Source: Chrysomallon squamiferum
Lineage: Eukaryota > Animalia > Mollusca
NCBI GenBank assembly: GCA_012295275.1
Contig: CM022673.1
Coordinates: forward strand, 7,688,001-7,752,000
Reading direction: 5' to 3'
DNA length: 64,000 nt
The notes beneath the pieces are model-generated. The model was not told the origin of the DNA. It worked only from the letters and a program-made list of their open reading frames with translations, and made no database searches. A program made the position numbers and the translations under genes. This document shows, piece by piece, positions 52,748 through 64,000 of the stretch (position 1 is its first letter; every line of letters begins with the position of its first letter).

Positions 52748-55700
52748 TCAGCTGCTTGATGGAAAACATTTACTGATGTCGAACTTCACTGGTGACCGAT
52801 TCAGAAGAGTTCCAAAAGAAAAACAGTTTCCTCCTCCACCCACCACAGTTAGGCAGGCATCTTGAAGAACACTGGTATGCTTGTTGCATAGTAACAGCTT
52901 GTCTTTATCTGGATCCTGGAATTTAAAAAATTAAAAATTAAAAAAAGAAAGAAAAAAAGAAGAAATTAACAAATATCAGAAAGTTTGTTTACAATCCATT
53001 ATTATGAATGCATTAATTAATTAATCTTCTTTTTGTAAGACATTTGGAACTGTATTGCAGTGTATGTGAATTAAGTAGTTATGAATAAGGCATTCCATGA
53101 ATAAAGCAATTATGAATACAGAATTCCTATGAATAAATAATTATGAATACAGAATTCCTATGAATAAATAATTATGAATATTGTTTTCAGTGACTAAAGC
53201 ATTATGAATATTGTTTTCAGTGTATAAAGCATGTAAATAAAGAATTATGATTACTGTGTTCTTTGTTAATAACAAAACTTACGGGAAATGAAAAGTGCTG
53301 GACAACTCCTGAACAGAGGTTTACAACAGAAATTCCTGGAGAACTGTTTGAACAATTCACTCCGCCAACCAGAATCAAAAAGTCATCTTTAACATGAGCT
53401 GTGTGTGAATATCTGAAACACAGTCATAAAATACGTTACTATTGAAAAAGGAATATATTAAGAAATTTTTGTGACAGAAGTTGTTTTTAAAAAGATATTT
53501 TAAGATACTTTTATAACAAATAAAATGGATTAATTCTCTTTATAACAGGTGCCTGTTGGTGTCACAAGATCCCTTGCTGGTAGACTAAATTGTTCATTTC
53601 TTTATAGAGTGATATCATCAACAATAAAAAAAAAAAATGACACATGTATGTCCAATATGTATGTCTCTCTCTCATTCACTCACTCACTCACTCACAGTCA
53701 CACATGCATGTGCGTGGACTCGAATATAAATTTTTTTAAGTGCAGTTTGCTGTACTAGTGTTTGTGTCAGGAACCGATGTGTTTACGAACCTGGGTATCT
53801 CTGCTCCATCCATCTTCAACTGCTCCCAGACAAGTGTGTCAAGGTGAAGGACGTGTACGGAGGAGACTGGAATGAGATCTTTGTTCAGACCTCCTGACAG
53901 AAGAAGTTTACCAGGAGACCAGGAGGTCAGTGAGTGAGACTGGCGACAACCAGGAACATTTCCATCACACGACAACTACAACATTGTAGTATTCATTATA
54001 TACATGTATATGTGGATGTGCACGGTAGGTTGAAGAATGTGTAGTTTTAAAGTATGTGTGTGTGTGTGTGTGTGTATGTTGTTATTGTTGTGTTAAAATT
54101 GTCAGTTGTATGTGTTTAGATATTTAGTTGAAAAAATGAACATGTTTCTATTATGTTAATGTATATAAAAAATATATCAAGTAATATATTTATTTAGAAA
54201 TATTATAACTGTCTTCTTTCAAATCAAGTTAAGGTCATGGTCATAAAAAAAAAAACTATGGATAAAGAACACAGTGCAAAGTTTTAACTGAATGAATGTT
54301 AAGCATATAATCCAAGACTGCCAGGAAGACAAAACAGACCAAAAAACCCACAAAAAACCCACAAAAATCCCATACACACGGCAAAAACCAAAACACACAT
54401 GTACAATATAAATACTTTTTTCCATGTGTTGTTTTCAGTGTCTAGTAAATAACTGTCACTCAGAGCTGTGTCTGTGGATGTTCGACCTCCATACAAAAAC
54501 ACGTACTCCTTCCCTGTAAATAAACACAGATAAAATAATACACAGTGTATATGTAACACATACTCCTTCCCTGTAAATAAACACAGTTAAAATAATACAC
54601 ACAGTGTATATGTAACACATACTCCTTTCCTGTAAATAAACATAGTTAAAATAATATACACAATGTACAAGTCAGTACACATATATATAGCAACAAGTAG
54701 GTGTAAACATCAACATTTCTAAAATCCAATATAAAACAGGGTCTGTTATTACAAATTATCTTGTTTTTGTTTTCTCAGTGCTGTTAACTGATAAATTATA
54801 TAAACACATGATTAACTGTAATACTTGTATGGAAAAAATTCAAATCTATCATGGATCCCTGTTTTCATATTTTGTCAATAAATTTCATTAAAAAAAAATA
54901 ATTTTGTGAAAAGAGCTATGACATTAAATGTGAAGGAAATGTAAACTCGTCAAGAAGCTAAAAACAATCGTAATTACCTTCGATATTAACAACAGCAGTA
55001 GCATGCCGCCATCTTGGACAAGGGACATCACCCATCTGTTTAACCAGGCTACACTGTAAGTTAATTATCTCCCCGTTCCTTTTTGATTCATCAGAATTAG
55101 TGTGTTGGCATTCATAATGAACTGTCCTTGTAACTGTTTCGCTAAGTTTTGAATCTGGAGGCTCACTGAAAGCTTTTGTAGACTTAGAATTATCACAGGC
55201 AGACTGGTGAAGACCTGCATTTAAACAACATGTTTTAACATCATTTCTCTCAAGTGGTTCCTTCACTACATCGCATGATGTTGAACTTATGGGGTGACTG
55301 TCAGAGATCAATAAATCAGATCTGTGATTTGAACCGGTGTCACCTGACACCAGCTGTTGATTACTGTTACTCAGATCGTTAGATGCTGTTGTTGCCGATG
55401 TTGTCAGTGCAGAGGGCAATGCAGATGTTGACAGATTTTGATTACACTGACAAACACGGTTACATTTACATTCCTGATTATCTTGACCTTCATGGTGTTC
55501 TTGACCTTCGTGGTTATCTTGACCTTCGTTATTATTTTGACTTTTGTGGTTAACCTGACCTTCTTGGTTACTCTGAACTTCCTCATTATCCTGACTTTCT
55601 CGGATACTCTGGTTTTTCTGGTTACACAGATTTTCAGGATAAGTCAGTTTGTAGACAACAAGATCTTTACACAGGCTAAATGGAGAGTTCCTTCCACAAA

Positions 55701-57524
55701 TTACCAAAACTGTTCCATTTGCGAGAGCAACAGATGTGTGATGCATTCTGGGAACTATGACAAAAAAAATAAAATAATAATAACAGAAAAGGCTCTAATT
55801 AAATACATAAAATTTGTTTATGAAACCAGTTACTTTTTCATTACTTAATAAAATAAGCAACTTGATCATGCATCAAAAACAATATTTCCCTAAGTAAATG
55901 CATAATAAATTAACATTATTTCACCATTATGGGAATTTAAATATTATTTCACTGAAGTTAAAAGGCAGAAAACCAAACATCTCACATTCAAAGTATTCCT
56001 TTGGCTTGTAAATGTGTGTTGTCATGGTAACGATGTCTGTTACTGCAACGTCTGACACTCGCTGGTGTTTGCCATCCTGCATTCCAAATCCTCCAACTGT
56101 GATCAAGAACTTTACGGAAATGACAGAACTGGAGTGACTAAATCTCTGCAGTGTAAGGCTCGACTTCAGGTGTGAGGAAGATGGTGGTATTTCACTGACT
56201 GTTAACCAGTCTTTACTTATGTCTGAAAATTAATAATATGTATGAATGAAAAATAACATGTTACGCTTAACAGTTCCTAATCACATATTAATACGTATTA
56301 GACATCTTATGAGATGAGGGACTGGATGACTGCAGCAAAATATTTTTTATATGTACCTTCTCATAAACAGGAAAGCACATACATTTTTTTTAATCTGGTT
56401 GTAAGGACTAGATGGGTTGGGAAATAGTGTAATTAATTCAGCAAGAAGGTGATCCTGTGATTTATCAGTGTAACAGTTCTGCTGAATTCTGTAAAACTTA
56501 TTTTATTTTATTTTATCATAAGCTCATAACCATTCTAAGACAGAATTAAAAAAAAGAAATTCCAAAAATTATTTATTGTCATTATTTCTATAATTATTGT
56601 ACATTAAAGAGTGTAATTTGTGGGTAAAAAAGAATTAAAAAAAAGAGACAGATATAAAAATGAAAGAAACATTAAAAACAGAAACAAATCAATTTACTGT
56701 ATAAAATCATTAAAAAAAAAGAACTATAAAAAAAAAAAAAAAAAAAATTAAAAATAAATCACACTACCTATTCTGTTTGATGCTAATTCTGAAGGATCTT
56801 TCAAAAGTCCTGTGCAAGGACTGGAATAGGCACACAGGACAAAATAATGAGAACATTTGAGATGCCATTCTTCGTATTCGTCAAACGGTTCGATGTTCTC
56901 AACTCTTTCCCTTTCACTCGGTGAAATCAGACCATGATAAATTTCATTCATGTCATAGGCCTCACACCAAGACCAACCCTGCAATGAAATTAAAAAACAG
57001 AGATATGGATAGTTTTGGATCTTTACTTCTGTTTTTGTGTAAAATTCAAGTTTGATTTTATATAATTGTGTTAAGTGTCAGTTACTAAAAACAAATACTG
57101 TATAATGCAGTTACAAGATGAAACATTCAAAACAATAACAGTAATAATAAACATCATTAAAATTATGTTTAAATTTTTAAAAACCAAGATACTAATATAT
57201 ATATATCCTTACAAGGGAAACAGCTCTTTGTTTCTGAGATTCCAGTGTTGGAAAACTGTTAATACATTTCAGAGGTGCTCCAATCACATTGTAGTGTTTT
57301 TGCCTGTAAACGAACAAAAAGTATATTTCAATAAATTTTATAATATAAAATAACATTTTTATCATGCTAAATAATAAATGAAACATAAGCAACTGAAAGG
57401 ATAGAAAAAATGGTTTTGTGACAAAGCTAGAAAATTTACACCTGCCCTAATATTTATATTTATGGGCTAGTATTTAAGTATATGGGCTAAAAATGTCTGA
57501 TAATTTTAAAACACTGAAATATGA

Positions 57525-57562
<38 letters not shown>

Positions 57563-57668
57563 CATTAAAAAAAATAAAAATAAAAATTAAAACAATAGTA
57601 ATAATAAAACAACAAAAAAGAACAAACAGTAGTACTGGCTATTGCTAAAGAATTATTTTTGTTGTCAC

Positions 57669-57739
<71 letters not shown>

Positions 57740-60124
57740 TCATTATTATTATTATTAGACCAATTATATTTAAAATCAATATCAGCATGTCACTATTTTT
57801 CAAAGAATAACATGAGAACATGTTTCAACTATTTGATAACTGCGAATTAGGTAATTATTTTCCACAAAGCATTTTCATTATTTTAGCATTCAGATTACAA
57901 TTATAGTATCTATTAGTGTAAATATATAATTTTATATTAGAGAAAACATTGATTATAATATAGTGAATTTTAAAAACTGTTTATTATTTGTCCAATTAAG
58001 TTTTTACAATTAGGCAAAATTACTCACATAAATAAACCGAAAGAATCATTTGGAAGAATCTAAAATCAAATATATACATTTCATTAACTTAAAAAAAAGA
58101 AGATAAAAAGAATTAAAGATAAACAAAATGACAACACTGACAACAAAATTTCAGATAGTTTAAAAATATATCAAATATAAATTACTGAAATATTTAAATT
58201 AATATAAGAATCCATGACAAACATTTTCAAGTCTTACTGATAATAAAATAAATCATTATTTAGGAAAAGAATGTTGTTATCTTCTTCTTCTTTTTTTGGT
58301 TTTCTTAGATACACATATTATATTTATATCTCAAAAATTTTCTTTTCTTTTGAACATTTTAATACAAATGATAAATTTCATCCAGAATGTAATTGGTTTT
58401 TTAATAATGCTAAAATAACCAAAACAGAAAATAATGGATTAAAGAGAAAATACAGGTAACAGCATTAAGTAAGCAATGTTTAAACTCACCTGTTCATAAA
58501 GAACAAAAACAGCATTTTCTTGAAATGTGTCTGCTGCCCATTTAATCACTTCTGATGAACTGTATGAAAAGATTTGTTAAATAAGAAATACATTTGTTTG
58601 AGTGTGTAGGTGTGCATCTGTTTGCATGTGTTTGTGTGTATATGTCTGTATTTGTGTTTGTGGGTGTGACTGTTGTGCATGTGCATGTGTGTGTGTGTGT
58701 GTTTATGTATTTAGTCTGTTGGCTGTATCTATGTAATTACAGTTGTATTTGTACATGTAAGCTGGTTAAAAAGCTGGTTACGGCATTACGTATATATTTA
58801 CAAATTTGATGTGTGTTTCTATATGTCTGAATCCATAGGTTTGTGTATGATTGTGTTTTTTAATTGTGTAATTATACATAAATAAATATCATATATACAA
58901 AATATATATATATAAATATCTGTATATATATATAAATAAATATATTTAAATGATTAGCAGTGAAAACTCACCATCTTTTAGTCATGTACGTAAGAACACA
59001 CTCTGAAAGAATCAAGGTTGGCAGATCAAAGTCAATACCACACAGACGAAGTGCGGCCTCCAGCAAGTTATGTTGTGACAGATCAGCTCCCAGCAGCTTG
59101 TAGTCAGTGCAGCACAACTCTGTAACCCAACACAGTTCACACAATCTTTAGTAAAGTGTTAGGAAAACGTAGCAAAAGTCTGTAAGCTTCTATATATTTT
59201 GTTTAAACGTAGAAATCAATCTTTGCGACACAAGTGCCTAACCATTTATCTGGAAAGCTTGTGACAAGATGTAACTAATGATTTCTGGATTTTCACACAC
59301 ACACACACAAACACACACTTAAAATATAAAAGTAAAGAATGAAACCTGTATAAACAAATACACATTAATACACTTCTAAAGATGTTTGGTTTTTTTTTTT
59401 TTTTTTGGAAGCCCTATAAATAGTAATAAAGTGTAAGAAGAATTTTAAATGTTTTATTAAGTGATTCATAAAAACTGATAATTTATTTTGTTTCTTGTAT
59501 CTATGTAGACAGATAAATATACAACAATTTTATTAATGATAAAAGAATGAATAAATTAACATAAATCAAGCCGTTTTTAAAATTAATTTGAAATGTGCTT
59601 TTTGTATGACAATTATATGAGGTAAAATTAACAATCTCCCTGCACACGACAAATTAGCAGCAATACAATTTTTATATAAACTGTCCCATAAACAGGAAAG
59701 ATAGGCTAAAGTGATTCTGTGGCACTGATTCAAAACTGTAATAGAACAATGGAAGAACTGAAATAAGCAAGATTAAAGTAAATAAATTAGAACAAACTGT
59801 TACAAAGATATGACTGGAAAGTGAAAAAGATAAATTACCAATGTGTGGTGAGTTAATGGCTGGAGTCTGCTGTTCACCTAACAGATCTTTCAGTTCTTGT
59901 TTGTTCTTTATCAAAACATGTTTCTTTTTCATCAGAGCAGGGAAGTCAATCTGCAGTAAACATTTTAATCTGCATAATACTCATTCTTACAAGAAAAATT
60001 ATTTTAAAACCAAAAACAAATCTGCCAGTAAATTTGTTCTAAACACTGTCATTATTCATCTCATGTGCTGGACTCTTATTTGTTCCACATCATATTACAC
60101 GTAGTTATATACAAGTGAGTGTGA

Positions 60125-60182
<58 letters not shown>

Positions 60183-61957
60183 ATCTTCATCAGAATGCTG
60201 TGAACATAATCAATTAACTAATAGTAGTAATAATAACAAAGATGTGTGTGTGTGTGTGTGTGTGTGAATCTGTGTGTGCATCTTCATCAGAATGCTCTAA
60301 GCAGAAACAATTAACCAATAGTACTATAGTAGTAATAATAATAAGGATATGTGTGTGTGTTTTCTTTAATTTTTTTGCTTACCTCAGCAACAACTGTGTC
60401 TGTGAGTTTTCCTGAAGCTTTTAGTCTGAAGTACAACGTATCAAATCCACATCCCAGAGATATTATCTACATAACAAGAACAACAATTATTAATTTATAT
60501 CTGCAAAACATTAACAACAACAACAACAACAACAACAATAGTAATAACAACAACAAAAGTAAATTCTATTTTTGTTTAAATGTTTATTTAGTTAAGTCAC
60601 TTTGAAGTGATTAATCAGCTGATCCCAGTTATGATAAAATTGGCAGAATCAACTATTTAACAGTATTTTTTATCCAGTCTCATTCACACAGGGTAAATCA
60701 CAATTTTATTCCTATATTAATACATATTTCAAAAAATATATTTCTTATGAGTGTTCAAACAAATTTCCTAAATGTATTGTTTTTGATGATCAATTTTGGA
60801 AAATAATAAAGTGTAATAACATAATAACAATCTTGTTCAAATACACAGAACTATGTTGACATTTGAACTATATTCATAATATTGACATGGAAAGGTAAAG
60901 AAGATAATATACAGATTTCTGCTCTATGTGACAAAACAAAGTGTTTAAATATTTTAGGATATAATAAGGCTGCATTGTGATTAAGTGAAAATCTGAACAA
61001 CAGTTTTCATACCTGTTTCTTGGTGTCACTGTTTCTTTGTAGAAACATTTGAATTACATGATTAATCATCCAGCTACGTATATAATATCCTCTAAAAATT
61101 AAAATAAATGTATGAATCAATTAAAAAACCCAAAGATAAATATGTAAAATGAATAAAGAATTATTTATTTGTTGATTATAATTAAAATACTTTAACTGAA
61201 ATCTTCTGTATATTCAAATTCCATATTCTGACAGATCAGTATCAATTGTGTATTAAATATATATCCAGTACAATAAAACAATAATTATTAAGCTTGTATT
61301 ATGTGTATATATTTTCTATTTGTGATAAATTTAGTAATTAATATACAATATCATGAATATGTATATAATCTTTTTTTATTTATTTATTTATTTTTAATAT
61401 TTTTAAATTTCATTCATAATTTTTTAGTCCAGTTATTCTGAAGTGCTTTGAACTGAACCAGAAAAGGCAACTAAATCAAACCATCAATGAAAATTAATTA
61501 ACAATTCTTTCAACAAGCTGAATTATGTACTAGTAGTAATTAAATGCAGATTCTTTGACTGAGAAATATATATCCATTCTTCAAGTTTAACATTGAAAAC
61601 AATTTAAGAAAAATTACACTCAGACAATTTTTGAAAATTAAACATTATGGTAACTGATAATAGTGATAATGCACCTGTTGATGAGTGGAGCTCTGCGAAC
61701 AGTTTTGGCTGCAAAATACTGTAAAAAAGGATCTGTAAAATAACCTGCTGCTGCACTGGAATTCTTGCTTAGAATGCTGCTATCATTTGTACCTTGGACC
61801 TTGATTTTAAGAAACAGATAAAATATATTAATAAAAATAATAAAAAAAAAAAAAAAAAAAAAAAATGCTGTCAAATAAACTGCTAATTATGGTTTAATGT
61901 GCTAATGTTTTAATCCATAATTTAAAGCAACCATTTCAAAATGAATGCTTAAATAGT

Positions 61958-62029
<72 letters not shown>

Positions 62030-62193
62030 TGTATTATTAAAATAAAATAAAAAATAAAAGATAGAAGAAAATATTAAATAAATAATGGTGCGCCGAACCA
62101 ATGGAGGAAAAACTTTTTATCGAATGTAAATAAACGAACCGCTTTATCACTTCGTCTAGACACGCTTGTCTTGGTACAGCGCATCGATTCCAT
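52748..62193 (-). CDS. LCMT2: tRNA wybutosine-synthesizing protein 4 / leucine carboxyl methyltransferase 2 (LCM domain + Kelch propeller), 16 exons
   Basis: Exons 62140-62193, 61675-61799, 61013-61091, 60383-60466, 59839-59950, 58972-59119, 58490-58559, 58028-58059, 57213-57303, 56768-56978, 55986-56222, 54978-55754, 54416-54513, 53791-53975, 53283-53412, 52748-52915. Motifs [60 protein letters not shown], Kelch GG repeats, terminal [11 protein letters not shown]. Confidence 0.95.
53075..53250. repeat. Degenerate minisatellite built on ttatgaata units in the last LCMT2 intron
   Basis: Repeats of ttatgaatacagaattcctatgaataaataa and ttatgaatattgttttcagtg. Confidence 0.75.
54504..54662. repeat. 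Three tandem 57-59 bp copies spanning the LCMT2 exon 13 splice acceptor
   Basis: Unit tactccttccctgtaaataaacacagwtaaaataatacacagtgtatatgtaacaca. Confidence 0.9.
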
Positions 62194-62563
62194 ACCATTT
62201 GTATTTCTTATAAAACTATAGCAGTTTAATTTTCCAGTCTAACACTCGTAGGTGATTCTTCAAAATATCGCCTTGTCATTATCAAGATTACAAGTTGTTG
62301 TTAGTAAATCCATCCCTAAGTAATGTGATCTGCATGTGTATGTATATAACCTTTTTTTTAAATATTTATAATATTTTTGAATTTGATTCATGATTGTTTT
62401 TTTTTTTTTTTTTGCCCAGTTATTCTGAAGTGCTTTAATCTGTACCAGAAAAGGCAACTAAATCTAAATGTCAGTGAAAATAAATTAACAATTCATTCAA
62501 CAAACTGAATTATGTACTAGTAGTAATTAAACGCAGATTCTTTGACTGCGAAATCTATATCCT
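61429..62563. repeat. Two ~150 bp direct repeats (61429-61576 and 62416-62563) flanking LCMT2 exons 1-2
   Basis: Both read ccagttattctgaagtgcttt...ccagaaaaggcaactaaatc...tgaattatgtactagtagtaattaaa.gcagattctttgactg.gaaat.tatatcc. Confidence 0.85.
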
Positions 62564-62668
62564 TTCTTTGTTTTTTCATATAGAGAGAAAGAAAAATACT
62601 TATCAACCTCAGAATATCTGGTTACTTGATGGTTTGAGTAATTGTAATTTAAGATCACTCTAAAAATT

Positions 62669-62670
<2 letters not shown>

Positions 62671-62741
<71 letters not shown>
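62671..62741. repeat. (TC)n microsatellite
   Basis: Directly visible. Confidence 0.95.
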
Positions 62742-62745
<4 letters not shown>

Positions 62746-64000
62746 AAACATGTAACTAATTATGAGCTGATTAAATGTTAAGGTATCATTGTGTGGTAAA
62801 TCCAATTGTCCACAATGGCATGTTTGGGAAAGGGAAAAATTTCAGAAATTGTTAAAAACGGAACTGAACATTTATTGTCGTTATGTTTTTATACTGATGA
62901 CAGGGATAAAAAGGACTAACGAATGAGATATCAAATTTACAAATTTAGACGATTAGAATAGATAAATATACCACATTAATCACATAAAATTATATTTTTT
63001 ATGAAGCAGGCTTAGTCACCAAACAAGTTAAACATGAACCTATCCAGACTCTTACACGTCAGCGTATAAATAAACAAGTAAAAGGAAATCCTCTATATAC
63101 TCATACTGGTGTTTCCCCTTCTGATATGCAAACATAATTATCACGAAAGGTTTATCGTAACCTAAGGTTGGTAACACTGGTATGGTAGGAGTGATAAGAA
63201 TTAAAACCAAACCATTTTCAATATGAATCGTGTTGGTAAGTAAATTATTTCTCTTTAAGCCATAATTCTTTATGATATGTGCACAGTATATGTCACATTA
63301 TAAAATAAACGCCAAGATAACCCACATTGATCATAATATTTTAAAACTGAACAAACAGTTGCAATTCGAAAACCTCCCCAAAGCCACTCTACTGGGAAAC
63401 CTTGTATAAATAAGCTAATTTATTGTTGTTAATTATTGATTCAGGATGTAGTTTCTTGAATTAAACGTTATGGTATACTATACGTAAAATAATTGTATTA
63501 TTAATAATAATAATAATAATAATAACTGAATAATTTCCTTAAGTCCGTTCAGTGTATAAAATGTTCAGACTTGCAACTGTTGTCATTGTTCGTGATTTAT
63601 CGATAAGTTATTTCCTCTGAGGGTTCAGCGAGTCTCGTTTGTCACTGATAATTTTAGGTCATAACAATAAACGAACATTCTTCACACGGCGCATAGGAAT
63701 CCCGTGGAAATTAAAGTGTTTTTATATATATACACGTTTTGAACGTACGTATTACACATAGTAAGTTACGTTAAAAAAAAAATATATATATTCATTTACC
63801 ACAATTTCTTATAACATAAAATACATTTACTGTGGATATATAAATTATCTGTTGTTGTTAAACGAGACTACTTATTTCTGGTTTGTTTTATTTTATCTGG
63901 TCATTTATTTATTTACTTATTTATTGCTTATTTATTTATTTATTTATTTAATAATTTATTTATTTTTGTATTGTTCCTGTTTTTTTTGTTTTTGTTTTTT

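Overview
AT-rich, intron- and microsatellite-rich animal genomic DNA; a mollusc/gastropod origin is a guess from repeat style and gene content. Seven protein-coding genes could be reconstructed by hand: RPS11 (- strand, last exon lies left of the window), NDUFV3-like (+, head-to-head with RPS11), CWF19L1 (-, 15 exons), two tandem aminergic/TAAR-like class A GPCRs with intronless CDS (+), SMARCAL1 (+, 17 exons) and LCMT2/TYW4 (-, 16 exons). The most notable system is in RPS11 intron 3, which holds at least five SNORD35/U35-family C/D snoRNA copies amplified by tandem duplication. One is canonical, two are intact paralogs with a re-written guide sequence, and two are decaying. Other points: a minor-spliceosome intron with apparent AT-AA ends and a 1-nt frameshift in CWF19L1; gene-conversion-like patterns in the GPCR pair; a duplication-born microexon in SMARCAL1; a triplicated splice acceptor in LCMT2; several MITE/LINE remnants. 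Coordinates were counted manually and repeat boundaries are approximate.
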